A stretch of 64,000 bases of DNA from Candidatus Marinacidobacterium sp. (GCA_965220965.1 CBDCRI010000001.1:256001-320000), one strand, 5' to 3'; counted from the first letter of the stretch, positions 1-9,855 are shown. Translations and numbers: made by a program. The notes: generated from the letters alone by a model not told the origin.

Positions 1-529
1 CGGCGCCAGCGTCCCGGACCCCATCCGCCAGCAGCTGGCCGCCTTCGCGGATTCGCCGTTCGGAAAGCGAGACCGTCTCAACCGCATCGGCGAGTTCGTC
101 CACAGATCCCCGCATCCATTCCCCGCCGCGCTTTGGCCAGCGTTCGATGGCGCTTGCCACATTTAGCTGATGGATCGCGTAGCGCAGCTCGGCTCCCTCG
201 AGGCGCGAGGCGGTCAGCCCCTTCGGAAGCAGAAGCGAGACGCCCGACTCAATGGGGTCACCGGTGGAGTCAACGGTCAAGCCGATCCGGCCCTCGACCT
301 GCTCAGTCACGAGCCCTTCGGCGCCGGGCGCGTCGAACTTGGCCTCCACCGCGACGGGCTGCCCACCCGGGTTCGTGATTAGGACGTCGACCTTCAACGC
401 ACGGTTCTCACGTATGACGCCGGTGGAATCTATGTGGACGTTGGACTCGTCCCAGCGCGGGTGGCGTGCGATGAGCAGATTGCCCAGTTTGGCGTTTAGC
501 ACCTCTTCGCGTTGGCGGGATGGCGCCAT
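1..529 (-). CDS. N-terminus (runs off window) of a PD-(D/E)XK nuclease-containing protein, probably a type IIG-like REase-MTase fusion
   Basis: GGAGGT RBS at 535-540, ATG at 529; open to window edge; MAPSRQREEVLNAKLG...KVDVLI...PVAVEAKF fits a D...ExK nuclease motif. Confidence 0.55.
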   Translation of the reverse strand, partial: MAPSRQREEVLNAKLGNLLIARHPRWDESNVHIDSTGVIRENRALKVDVLITNPGGQPVAVEAKFDAPGAEGLVTEQVEGRIGLTVDSTGDPIESGVSLLLPKGLTASRLEGAELRYAIHQLNVASAIERWPKRGGEWMRGSVDELADAVETVSLSERRIREGGQLLADGVRDAGA

Positions 530-607
530 TAAGAACCTCCAGCTTTGCCAGTGACAGCAGCATTGTGCATTGCGCCCAGCGCAGATGCGCGGGATTAATT
601 TTCTCGG

Positions 608-856
608 TCAAGTCGACCTTTCGTTCAGGCCGGCAACCTCGCTATACGAGAGTTCGGCCAGAAGGGACCGCCGCGCCACGGAGAGGGCGACTTCCATGAT
701 CCCTTCCGGCGGCATTTCCCGGTATTGGCTGGAAGTGATCGCCTGTGGTCCCCAAGTCTCCCTCTCCGCCTTTTCGGCGGCGGAGACCAAGAGACGCCGG
801 GTCTCTTCGATGTCACTCGCAAGGTCATCGATGGTTATGGCTATGCTCATGCCCAT
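608..856 (-). CDS. hypothetical protein
   Basis: 82-aa ORF with purine-rich RBS, co-oriented with neighbours. Confidence 0.5.
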   Translation of the reverse strand: MGMSIAITIDDLASDIEETRRLLVSAAEKAERETWGPQAITSSQYREMPPEGIMEVALSVARRSLLAELSYSEVAGLNERST

Positions 857-1071
857 TTTCTCCCGATCTGTGTGTGTTTGGCTACGCAGGTCAGGCGCGA
901 CCGCTGATGGTGACCGCTAAATGGCCCCCATCTTTTTGCGCTGTCTTGCGGCGCTGATCGAGCCCTGCACGGAAGGCCACTGAGTCAGAGCCGGATTGGG
1001 CGGCCATGACCGCAAGCTGGACCGTGCCCGAGCCGTTGGAGCCGTGGCAGCATGTGGCGGCCAGGCCCATG

Positions 1072-1332
1072 CTAGCGCTCCGCTCCGTCGTTGTGGATCC
1101 GGATCAAAACGCTGACCGTTTCCCGTCTTGTCGGTCCGTTGCAGGCATCCCCCTTGCAGTGCGGCTCGCCAAGGAAGCCGTGCCAGAATTGCGGCGATCC
1201 ATGCGCATAGCCATCACCTATCTTGAAGCCCTCTTCCCATCCCGGTCGCATCACCGAGCCTACCGGCTCATGGTCGCAAAGGACGTCATAGCCCTGCCTG
1301 TCATCCCTGAATCGCAATCCGACATTAGCCAT
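1072..1332 (-). CDS. hypothetical protein
   Basis: GGAG RBS before MANVGLRF; protein-like composition. Confidence 0.45.
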   Translation of the reverse strand: MANVGLRFRDDRQGYDVLCDHEPVGSVMRPGWEEGFKIGDGYAHGSPQFWHGFLGEPHCKGDACNGPTRRETVSVLIRIHNDGAER

Positions 1333-1370
1333 CAGTCCACTCCGTTGGTTGATGTCCGCGCCTTTCGAGG

Positions 1371-1628
1371 TCAAAGCGGACGCCCCCTGCCCCGCTCCGC
1401 CAGATCGTGCTCGCGCTGCCCCTTCATCCGGCGGGCCAGCTCCGTCCACGCCGTCCAGTCGGCCCGCTTGGCCGGCGGCCACTCGGCCATCGCCGCGGGC
1501 GTCGGGGCGATGCGAAGGGCCTCCTCGTAGTGCCCGCGGCGCAGCGCCCTGATGAACGGGTGCGTGATGTCCTCATCGGTCCGCCTCCAGCCCCTTTGCA
1601 CGTGCCCAAGCCCGAATTCGCCGTCCAC
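1371..1628 (-). CDS. hypothetical protein
   Basis: AGGAGAAAGG before GTG start. Confidence 0.5.
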   Translation of the reverse strand: MDGEFGLGHVQRGWRRTDEDITHPFIRALRRGHYEEALRIAPTPAAMAEWPPAKRADWTAWTELARRMKGQREHDLAERGRGRPL

Positions 1629-1661
1629 GGCAACCTTTCTCCTCTGCCAAGTGGGGCGCGA

Positions 1662-2177
1662 CTATACTGGACGCATGAACATGTTCGCAAGAACGGCCGG
1701 GCTCCCCGCCGAGGGGCCGCCGCTCCGGGGGCGGCGGCCTTCGCCCCCGCTGGCCATCGCCGACGGTCGGCGGGCCGTGGCCGGCCGATGGCTGAGCTGC
1801 GCAAGGCGGGCGAGCGCCAGCCCAACCGCCGCGGCCTCCGTCGCCCCGCTGGCGGCTGCGGCGTTGCCGCGCCCGTCCGCAACCTCAACGCTCCAATGGC
1901 TGGCCGGAAAGCCCCGGCCGTCGCGCTTGATGGCGATCCGGGCCAGGCCGCGCAGGCGCGGCCAGATGGCGGGCTGGAGATCAATCCGGACCGCCGCCAA
2001 AGCGGCCGCCGCTGCCGCCTCAAGGCAGTCCGCCTCGGCGCGGGCCTCCTCCACGCCGGCCAGGCCGCCACGCCCGACGGCCGCGACCGCCGCCCAGCGA
2101 CCATTGCGCTTCACGCCCGCGGCCAGGCGGAGCCAATAGACGCCCGTGCCGGGCCTCCGTTCGGCGCGCCGCATCAT
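1662..2177 (-). CDS. hypothetical protein
   Basis: ATGA overlap with upstream dUTPase stop. Confidence 0.4.
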   Translation of the reverse strand: MMRRAERRPGTGVYWLRLAAGVKRNGRWAAVAAVGRGGLAGVEEARAEADCLEAAAAAALAAVRIDLQPAIWPRLRGLARIAIKRDGRGFPASHWSVEVADGRGNAAAASGATEAAAVGLALARLAQLSHRPATARRPSAMASGGEGRRPRSGGPSAGSPAVLANMFMRPV

Positions 2178-3184
2178 CGCGGCTGGGGCTCGGCGGCAGG
2201 CTTGGCGGGCCCTTCTCGCGGAGCGCCGGGAGCCGGTGCCCGCAGATCCAGCCCCTGGGCCTTGAGCAACGCACGAACTGCGCCGAACGCCTCCGTCGGC
2301 AAGGGCATGCCCCTCAGGCTGCATCGGGCCATCCGGTCGACCGCCAAACGGGCCGCTTCGATGGACGGGGGCTGAACCTCCGGAGGGGGGCCGTCGATGA
2401 GCCCATGCAGCGATTCCAAGTTGGCGCGGACGCCGTCCCAGTCGGAGGGCTGGAGCCGCCACCACTTCCATCCGAGGGCGTCCATCAAGCGGGCGCAGAC
2501 CTCCCATCCGTGGGCCGGCGGCTCCTCCGGCGCGGGCTGCGCATCCCCTCCCCCTTCGGGCAGCGGCTCGGTCCCGGCCTGGAAGGCCTCCAGGCGGCCA
2601 AGCACGCGGTAGGCCAGCTCCCGCGCGCTCCCGGCCGAGACCCCCTGCATGGCCGCCAGCAGCGCCACGTTGTCCCCGGCGCCGCTCCAGCGCGGATCGT
2701 AAGCCCCTTGCTTGGCGCCGTTGCGCAGACGGAACAGGGAAAGGGCGTGCTTGCCCGCCGACAGCCGCAGGAGGTCCTCGGCGCTCATGCTGGCGGCCTG
2801 GAGCATCCCGGCGAAGGCGCCAGGCGCGAAGAAGGGGAGGATGAGCGCCCGTTCCGCCATCACCGTGGCGGCGCGCTCGAATTCCATTTCCGGCGGCGGC
2901 GGGGGGTCGAACGCGCGCAATGCGAAGGCGTCCTCGCCCCGGGCCATCAGGTCGCACAGGCCGAAGTGCCAGACGTCCACCACCTCAAGCCGGAACAGCC
3001 CCTCGGCGCGCTTGGTTGGCGCGGCGCCGCGCCGTCGGAACGCCTCAAGCGCCTCGGCGCACTCCATCCAGACGGCGCGATGGAACGGGAAGCCCGCCGC
3101 CTTCCAGATGGGCGCGACCTCCCGGCCGTGCTCCTCCTGCATGGCGACCATGGCGCGCAACATCGATTCCGGTGTCCCTTCCAT
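2174..3184 (-). CDS. dimeric (all-alpha) dUTPase-family protein with a second degenerate domain
   Basis: WMECAEAL, EVVDVWHF, GKHALSLFR..G..QGAY...W.G..DN; GWKWW in the C-terminal half. Confidence 0.75.
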   Translation of the reverse strand: MEGTPESMLRAMVAMQEEHGREVAPIWKAAGFPFHRAVWMECAEALEAFRRRGAAPTKRAEGLFRLEVVDVWHFGLCDLMARGEDAFALRAFDPPPPPEMEFERAATVMAERALILPFFAPGAFAGMLQAASMSAEDLLRLSAGKHALSLFRLRNGAKQGAYDPRWSGAGDNVALLAAMQGVSAGSARELAYRVLGRLEAFQAGTEPLPEGGGDAQPAPEEPPAHGWEVCARLMDALGWKWWRLQPSDWDGVRANLESLHGLIDGPPPEVQPPSIEAARLAVDRMARCSLRGMPLPTEAFGAVRALLKAQGLDLRAPAPGAPREGPAKPAAEPQPR

Positions 3185-3217
3185 CCTTTCGCTCCATCCC
3201 CTGCGGCTGAGAGCCGC

Positions 3218-4426
3218 TCAAGCCGTCCCGCCGGCCCTTCCGTCAGCCTGCGCCGCGGCTGCCCCGGCGGGCAGGATGGCGGTCACGACCGTGCCCGCCG
3301 CCCTCGGCAGCCCGTCAATCACGCTCGGCGCCCCCGTCCCCCCTGCCCCACCGTCGGGCGACGCCGCCGCCAGCAGCTCCGCCGTTGACGAGCGGATGCG
3401 CAGGACGCCGCCGAACTCCCCGACCCGGCGCAGGATGCGCCCCATCCCAAGGCCGCTGTTGGGGCCGCGCTTGGCGGTGGCGAGGTCAGGCAGCGAGCCC
3501 TCGAGGTGCGCGCCGTCGCGGAAGCCCGGCCCCGTGTCGAGCACGGAGGCCTCCAGCAGCGGCGCGCCCTCGCCGAAGCCTTGGCGCAGGCCGGACGCCC
3601 AGCGCTCAAGCCCAGGGTGCCTGGCGTCGGCGAACCTTCCCGGCGACATGGCCTCGGGCGCGAAGCGCCGAAGGCCCACCAGGATGGCGCGCAGCCCCTT
3701 GGCCTCGAGCGGGCGCCAGCAAGCGGCGTAGCCGTGCTCCACCGCGTTGCGGAAGGCTTCGTGAATAACGTGGCCCAGCGGCAGGGCGGAGTCGTCCAGC
3801 AAGGGCGCCGTCCCCCGCAGCGCGTCGGCGCCCAAGGCCGCCTGGAGGGCGTTCGCCGCCCAGAAGTGCATCTCCCTGGGCGAGACGACCAGAAAGCCGT
3901 GGGCCTGCACGTCGAACAGCTCGAACGCACGCGGCCGGCGCAGGTACGCGGAGACGTGGAAGCCCAGATTGGGCGGCCAGTCCGGGAAGACCAGCTCGCA
4001 GGCGGACGCGCCTCCGGCGTCCGCGTGGCGCCGTTCGGCCATCGCGAGCAAGCGCCTCTGCGCCTCCTCGCGCAAGGCCCGCCAAGCGGGCCGCCAGCCG
4101 CAATGGCCCTCACCGCGGCACACGACGTGGTCGGAGAGGAGCGCCAAGGCCATTCCGGGAAGGTCGCCGGCCACGCTGCGCAGGCGGTGGCCGGGGGCCA
4201 GCCTGACGTGCGCCTCAGCGGCGCGGGGAGCGGCGCCGGCCGCCCAGGTGGCGATGGCCTGCGCGCAGGCGGCGGCGCGGCCGGGGGCGGGCGCGTCGAC
4301 GAACGGGCCGGAGAGCGAGAGCCGCAAGGGGCAGTCCCGGGGCTCGCGCGCGGCGGCCATCAAGCCGTCGTACTCGGCGCAGCCGTCGCTGGCGCGAAGC
4401 GCCCACGCCCGGGGGGCGCCGGTCAT
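3218..4426 (-). CDS. orphan GHKL/HATPase_c-domain protein
   Basis: N box EAFRNAVEHG, G1 DTGPGF, G2 GLGM, GTVV. Confidence 0.65.
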   Translation of the reverse strand: MTGAPRAWALRASDGCAEYDGLMAAAREPRDCPLRLSLSGPFVDAPAPGRAAACAQAIATWAAGAAPRAAEAHVRLAPGHRLRSVAGDLPGMALALLSDHVVCRGEGHCGWRPAWRALREEAQRRLLAMAERRHADAGGASACELVFPDWPPNLGFHVSAYLRRPRAFELFDVQAHGFLVVSPREMHFWAANALQAALGADALRGTAPLLDDSALPLGHVIHEAFRNAVEHGYAACWRPLEAKGLRAILVGLRRFAPEAMSPGRFADARHPGLERWASGLRQGFGEGAPLLEASVLDTGPGFRDGAHLEGSLPDLATAKRGPNSGLGMGRILRRVGEFGGVLRIRSSTAELLAAASPDGGAGGTGAPSVIDGLPRAAGTVVTAILPAGAAAAQADGRAGGTA

Positions 4427-4432
4427 TGGGGG

Positions 4433-4789
4433 TCAAGCTCCAAAGCGGCCTCCCGTTGCAGGACGCGCTCGCAATGGAGCGCCAAGGCCATTCCCGGAAG
4501 GCCGGCCGCCGTGCGGCTCAGCGGCGCGGTGGGAGGCGCCGGCCAACCAGCCGTCGCGGATCATTTTGAAGCCGGATTCCCGCATGGCGACAGCCCATGC
4601 GAACCACAGCTCGTCGGCCCTGGCGTCGGCCTCCTCGGACAGGCGGCGAAGCCGGTCAGCCTCCCCGTCCTCGGCCCGCTCCTCGGCGGCGCAAGCCTCC
4701 GACGCGAACAGGACGCTCGCGCCGCTGGCGGTGGCCGCCGCCTCACGCAACTCGACGGCTCGCATCATGCTCGTTGCCGGGATTGCCAT
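4433..4789 (-). CDS. hypothetical protein
   Basis: AGGGAG RBS; TGnTATAAT promoter upstream. Confidence 0.45.
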   Translation of the reverse strand: MAIPATSMMRAVELREAAATASGASVLFASEACAAEERAEDGEADRLRRLSEEADARADELWFAWAVAMRESGFKMIRDGWLAGASHRAAEPHGGRPSGNGLGAPLRARPATGGRFGA

Positions 4790-4972
4790 GGGCAGGTCTC
4801 TCCCTTCGTGGCTTGGTTCCAATGGCGCGCGCAAGGCAGGGCCGAAGCGCGTTCCGATTGGTCACACTTGCATTATACCATAGTCGCCGCGCGCCCCCTC
4901 CAAGGCGGCGGGAGACGCATTGCCCGGCCGCCGTCCGATCAAGCCGCCCGTGAAGGCTGGGCCGCGGCAGGC

Positions 4973-5449
4973 TCAAGGCGCCGTGCCGGCGTGCCGGCCG
5001 GCCCTCCCTGCGGAAGCCGGCCCGGGGGCCTGAACCGCCGGCTGGCGCTGGCCGGCCTCGCTGGCAACCCTTGCGCAGCCGCCGATCAGGGCAATCACGC
5101 GCCCGCCCTCCAGCTTGCCGTCCTGCGGGCCGGGCTGGTCAATGCCGTGCCAAAAGGCCACCGCATCCCATGCCCCGGTGTGCGACGCCACATCGACCAA
5201 GGCTTCCTTGTCGAGCTTGCCGGAGCCGTAGCAGTACTCCGCATCCTCCGCCATTTCAGCCGGCGGGGAGAAGGAGTCCGCCTGAGGCGGGCCTCCGGCA
5301 TCCAGCACCCGCAAGGCATCAAGGTCCACTTCGATCGGCACGACACGCTCCCCGTAAAGGCCTGCCAGCGCCCGGGAGTCGGTCGCCCAAAGAAAACGAT
5401 CCGGGTCGATTTCGAAGTCCTCGTCGTCGGTGCCGTGGTAGAAGATCAT
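4973..5449 (-). CDS. putative ADP-ribosyltransferase-fold protein
   Basis: N-terminal FYHGT followed by WAT...A..YG..V.P pattern of phage ART domains. Confidence 0.45.
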   Translation of the reverse strand: MIFYHGTDDEDFEIDPDRFLWATDSRALAGLYGERVVPIEVDLDALRVLDAGGPPQADSFSPPAEMAEDAEYCYGSGKLDKEALVDVASHTGAWDAVAFWHGIDQPGPQDGKLEGGRVIALIGGCARVASEAGQRQPAVQAPGPASAGRAGRHAGTAP

Positions 5450-5495
5450 TGCGCCTCGTCAGCTCAGCCGCAGGCTTGGAAGCGGTCCGGCAGGC

Positions 5496-6776
5496 TCAGG
5501 GCGCCGGTCCGGAGGGCCGCTTCGCCGCCTGCGCCGGAGCGGGCTTGACCTGCGCGGTCCGCCGCTCCTCCGGCGTGGCCGGCGCGCCGCCGCGCGGCAG
5601 GAACAGCCAGTCCTTTTCGTCCGCCACGCGCATCAGGTGCTTGTCGGACAGGCAATGGTTGCGCGCCATCTGGAACCGTCGGCCAAGCCAGTCGGCCAGG
5701 TCCTCGAAGGCGCGCTCGACCTCATGCACCAAGGGCGCGGGCACGGGCCGGCCGGTGCTCACGGGGCGCAGGTCGGCGACCTCCAGAAGGTCGCCCCAGC
5801 CCGCGGGCCGGCACACGCAGCAAAGCGCCTCGCCGTCCGGCATTCGAGCCTTCTCCAGGGCCTGGGCGATCCCATGCAGCTGGTCGTCCACCGGAAATTT
5901 GATTCTCATCAGCGCCTCCGCGTAGAGGGCGGTTATCCACAAGCCGCTGAACGCGCCGTTTCGGCCCTCGCCGTGCCACAGCACCGCGTGCGGGCCGGTC
6001 CTGAGCTCCAAGCCAAGGTACATGGCAGCCTGCCGGAAGTCCTGCTTCGCGGCCTCTGCCCAGTCGCCCCTGTCGGTGGCGTGGAACCACTGCCTGACGG
6101 CCACCTTGCCCGCCGCCCCGAGGGCCTCGAAGCGCACCGGGGCCGGATTGGCCGGCTCCCCGGGCGAGAGCGGCGCCCCGCCGCGCGCCGGGAAGCGCCA
6201 TCCCCTGCGGTCGGCGTCGTGCCGCACCCGGCGCTCCGTGGTGCCTGGGAGGAAGTCGCCGTCGATGGCCTCGCCGGCCCACTCGGCCAGCCTGTTGAGC
6301 TGCGCCTCCACTTGGTCGAGCTCGCGAGGGGGGGCGATCTCCCCGCGGCACGTCACCGCAGTGGAGACGTGCACGCGGCCGCCGCTGGCCGTCACCCGGA
6401 GCGGCAGCCAAGGGCGGAGCCCGGGCGCCAGGGAGGCCAGCCGCTGCGCGACGTGCTCGAGCGTTACGCCCTTCCAGAGCGCTTGGTGGTCCCGCAGGCC
6501 TCCCGCCCTCAGGGCCTCGGGCGACGGCGCCGCCCAATGCCCCTCGAATCCCGCGGGGCCAGGATGGGCCGAGCGCAGGGCCTGGCCTGCGGGCCCGGAG
6601 CCGTCGTGGTCCAGCGTCAGGCCCATGAGGCCGAGGAGCTCCATGACGCGCTCCTCGGCCGCGGTGGGGATGCTTGAGAGGCCGCCGCCCCCGAGCATCT
6701 CGTACCAGTGGCAGGTCGCCCGCCGGGCGGGCTCGGAGAGCTGGGAGAAGGCCAACCCCTCGGCTTGTTCGGTCAT
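5496..6776 (-). CDS. hypothetical protein with an internally duplicated domain
   Basis: FSQLSEPARRATCHWY vs FEALGAAGKVAVRQWF; both halves end in W.F...GGAP; AAGGGG RBS. Confidence 0.65.
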   Translation of the reverse strand: MTEQAEGLAFSQLSEPARRATCHWYEMLGGGGLSSIPTAAEERVMELLGLMGLTLDHDGSGPAGQALRSAHPGPAGFEGHWAAPSPEALRAGGLRDHQALWKGVTLEHVAQRLASLAPGLRPWLPLRVTASGGRVHVSTAVTCRGEIAPPRELDQVEAQLNRLAEWAGEAIDGDFLPGTTERRVRHDADRRGWRFPARGGAPLSPGEPANPAPVRFEALGAAGKVAVRQWFHATDRGDWAEAAKQDFRQAAMYLGLELRTGPHAVLWHGEGRNGAFSGLWITALYAEALMRIKFPVDDQLHGIAQALEKARMPDGEALCCVCRPAGWGDLLEVADLRPVSTGRPVPAPLVHEVERAFEDLADWLGRRFQMARNHCLSDKHLMRVADEKDWLFLPRGGAPATPEERRTAQVKPAPAQAAKRPSGPAP

Positions 6777-7224
6777 CGTCCCCTTTCGCAACGCGGCGTC
6801 GCTGCGATTGTAGCAACCAAGCGGCGCGCCACTCCTCAGCAGCGCGGCCCCAGTCAGTCCTCCCTGACGATCTCCCCCGAGGCCTTGGCCACCAGCGCGG
6901 CCACCGCCCTGTCCGCATCAAGGCCAGGCGGCGGCGGACGGCATCCCCGGGGTCGCGCCGCAGCCGCCAGTCCCTGCGGGCGGCGCGGCGGCCAAGTTCA
7001 CCGAGCGGCACGGCAGGCCCCGTGCATCCGGGTCGCCGGGCCTGGCGCCCGGTTCCGGGTGCGCGTTCCGCGCCCCTTCCGGCCTTTCCGTGCGGACCTC
7101 CCGTTCGCCGCCGCGTCGAATGGGCCATTCCATCCGCGTGGCCGTCCGGCCGCGCTTCCGGCCCAAGGGCTCCGCGCGAAGCCGCCTTGCTAAAATCGGG
7201 AGGCAAGGCCTTGGGAAGTTTCGC

Positions 7225-7479
7225 ATGGCGGTTTTGAGCTTGGACCAGTTCGAGGGGCTGAGGGCCGTTCCCGGCGACCCCGGCCATGTCGTGGAGGTGG
7301 GCCTGAACGAGGCCGACGTCGGACGCCTGCGGGCGTTGGTGGCCGCGTTCTCGGCGGACGGCGACCCGGCCAGCGTCGGCGAGGTGGTGCGCGCCTCGAT
7401 CCGCGCCCTGCACCGTCGGGAGTGCCGCGGCGGGGACGCCGTCGCAAGCCTGCAGGATGGACGCAGTGCGCGGCAGTGA
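7225..7479 (+). CDS. small ribbon-helix-helix-like protein
   Basis: V.L...LRALV...SVGEVVRASIRAL pattern; TGCTAAAAT promoter upstream. Confidence 0.4.
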   Translation: MAVLSLDQFEGLRAVPGDPGHVVEVGLNEADVGRLRALVAAFSADGDPASVGEVVRASIRALHRRECRGGDAVASLQDGRSARQ

Positions 7480-8380
7480 AGGAGATGCCGACGGCCGCGA
7501 GGCGATCGGCTACAGGGACTTCTGGAACGCGGCCGCGGGCCGCTGGCGCGACTTCGACCGGGTGAGGGTCCTGCCGGACGCTTGGATGGACCAAGTGCGC
7601 GGGAGCCACGTGCCGCCCCACCTGGTGGGGGCGAGCTTCCGGTCCGCCGACCTGTCGGGCGTGTCGCTGGCCGGCTGGAGCCTGCCCGGGGCGGACTTCT
7701 CGGATGCGCTTCTCCTAGAGGCCGACTGCTCGGAGGCGCAGATGACGGGCGCCGACTTCCGCCGCGCCCGGCTGGCGGGGGCCCGGTTCGTGAACGCCGA
7801 GCTGCCGTTCGCCGAGTACGCCTTCGCCGACGCGGAAGGGGCCTCCTTCCAAGGCGCCGCCGCGCCGTTCGCCCGCTGGCCGGAAGCCTCGCCGCCGCCG
7901 GAGGGCGAGGGGCGCCGCTCCCTGGCCCATGCCCGGAAGGGCTTCCCTCCGGCGGCTGGGGAGCCTTTCTGGGGCAGCGATCCGCACGCCCGCCAAGTTG
8001 CCCTGGCGGATTGGGAGGCGCGCTCGCTCGGCCTGCCGCCGCCCACGGCCGAAGTCATGGCGCGCGCCCTGTTCGCGCTCAGGCGCCTGGCCCGGGCGGC
8101 GGGGGCCGCCCCCGTGACCTTCGCCCTGTCCGACTGCGGCGGCGTCGGCATTGCGGTCGCATCGCCCCGCGACCCGCGGCGGCGCCGCGACGGCCTGGTC
8201 CTGCGGGTCAGCAACGTGCAGGACCACTTGACCGTCCACATGCTCTCCGGAGGCGTCCTGCGCCAATTCCTCATCGGCTCCCAGGAGCGCGACATGGCCG
8301 AGGGGGTGCCGAACGCCTGCGCAGCCCTGGCGGCGCACGCCTCCGCGAAGTCGCCCCGCCCGGCGGGCCTCGCCCCCTAG
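7457..8380 (+). CDS. pentapeptide-repeat protein
   Basis: ASFRS ADLSG ... ADFSD ... ADFRR ARLAG ARFVN repeats. Confidence 0.75.
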   Translation: MDAVRGSEGDADGREAIGYRDFWNAAAGRWRDFDRVRVLPDAWMDQVRGSHVPPHLVGASFRSADLSGVSLAGWSLPGADFSDALLLEADCSEAQMTGADFRRARLAGARFVNAELPFAEYAFADAEGASFQGAAAPFARWPEASPPPEGEGRRSLAHARKGFPPAAGEPFWGSDPHARQVALADWEARSLGLPPPTAEVMARALFALRRLARAAGAAPVTFALSDCGGVGIAVASPRDPRRRRDGLVLRVSNVQDHLTVHMLSGGVLRQFLIGSQERDMAEGVPNACAALAAHASAKSPRPAGLAP

Positions 8381-8485
8381 CCAGCCGGCGCGGCCCGGTT
8401 CGGAGCGCGGCGCTGCTACAATGCCAGCCATGGCAGTGGACACGCCCAGCGTGGCGCCGGACGCGTTCGTCCGAAGGCGGGCGCC

Positions 8486-9253
8486 GTGAGCGGCGCCGCC
8501 CCCATCACCCTGAGGGCCGGGCTGCAGGCCGACTTCGAGGCCGTCGACGCCGTCCTGAGCGCCTTTCCGATCCGCGGCGCCCTGCTCGGCGGAGGCACCG
8601 TGCTCGCCGCCCTCTGGGACCACAGGGACTCCAGGGACCTCGACCTCTTCGTGCCGCGCGGCGTCGCTTCCGCCCTGCCGAAGGGCACGCCGTCCGCGCT
8701 CGCCGGGCGGCTTCGGGAGCGGCTCGGCGCCGAGGTGATGCGCGTCGGGGAGCGGCTCGACGAGGACGTCTGGGTGGTGTCCGCCCGGCTGCCGGGAGGG
8801 ACGCCGCTCTCGATCCACTGCCTGACCCACGACCGGCACGCCCAAGGGCCGCCGATCCATAACGGCGCGGTGCCGTCGCTCAGCGTCGCCGACATCATGC
8901 GGGGCAAGCTCGCGGGGCGGGCCGTCATCGCCCACCTGCTCGCGGGCACCAGCCACGACCGGCCGCCCATCCGCGACCTCTACGACGTGGCGGTGTGCGC
9001 GCAGCTGGCCCCGGAGGCGCTTGCGGCGGTCCTAGGGGAGATGGGCGCGGAGTACCGGGCCATGGCCGCGGCGGCCTTCCTGGCGGCGCCGCCGGACTTC
9101 CACAAGCTCGACCCCCAGCCGATCATGAACCAGAGGTTCGACGTCGACCTGCAGGGGCTGCCGCAAGCCGTGGGGAGGGCGGTCGAGGCCGGCGACCCCG
9201 GCCTGATCCCGGCCGCGGCGCGGCTGCCCAATCCGAACGGCCCGGCCCCGTGA
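8486..9253 (+). CDS. AbiEii/DUF1814-family nucleotidyltransferase (type IV TA toxin-like)
   Basis: LGGGTVLA, HRDSRDLDLF, GKL, RDLYD motifs. Confidence 0.8.
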   Translation: MSGAAPITLRAGLQADFEAVDAVLSAFPIRGALLGGGTVLAALWDHRDSRDLDLFVPRGVASALPKGTPSALAGRLRERLGAEVMRVGERLDEDVWVVSARLPGGTPLSIHCLTHDRHAQGPPIHNGAVPSLSVADIMRGKLAGRAVIAHLLAGTSHDRPPIRDLYDVAVCAQLAPEALAAVLGEMGAEYRAMAAAAFLAAPPDFHKLDPQPIMNQRFDVDLQGLPQAVGRAVEAGDPGLIPAAARLPNPNGPAP

Positions 9254-9855
9254 CCAGGCGGCCGACCATCCCCACCGGGCTCACCCACAGCGGGATGCCC
9301 TTGGACGTCCTGATCGAGAGCAACTGCCTGATGCCGGACGGCTGCCCCCGGTGGGACGCTCCCGTGATGCGCGAGCCGCTGCTTCCGTTGGCGCGCTTCG
9401 ACCGCCCGGATTTGCGCGAGACGCCGGCCTGGGCGACCGGCGCGGATGCCCTGTTTTCGGTGGACTTGTTCCTCGCCAAGCGCTGCGCCGGCCTTGACCT
9501 CGGGATGCGGGCGTCCGGCGCGGAGGTCCGCGCCGCGCTGCGCGCCGGGGCGTTCGACGCACGCTGCCGGGCCACCCTGGAATGGACGCTCTCCTCCTGC
9601 CCCCGCACGGAGTTCCCCGACCTGCTCGGCCGCGGGGGAATCGCGATCTACGACATGGCCCGCTGCTTCTGGACGGCCTTCGACGGCCACGCCTTCTCCT
9701 TCGCGGCCTGGCTCAACCAGTGGGGGCGCGACGCCGCCCGCCCGCCGCCCGGCCAGGACTACGAGTACCGGAACTTCCCGCTCACGCGGTCATGGGTGGC
9801 GGCCGGGCGGCCGCCGGTTTGGCCGCCGCCGGCGGAGACCCCGCCTAGCGACTGA
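9250..9855 (+). CDS. hypothetical protein coupled to AbiEii-like gene (candidate antitoxin)
   Basis: GTGA start/stop overlap at 9250-9253. Confidence 0.55.
   Translation: MTRRPTIPTGLTHSGMPLDVLIESNCLMPDGCPRWDAPVMREPLLPLARFDRPDLRETPAWATGADALFSVDLFLAKRCAGLDLGMRASGAEVRAALRAGAFDARCRATLEWTLSSCPRTEFPDLLGRGGIAIYDMARCFWTAFDGHAFSFAAWLNQWGRDAARPPPGQDYEYRNFPLTRSWVAAGRPPVWPPPAETPPSD

Noticed and set aside
6800-7200. Structured ncRNA in the divergent intergenic region
   Set aside because: GC-rich with possible stems but no recognisable family or distinctive pattern.
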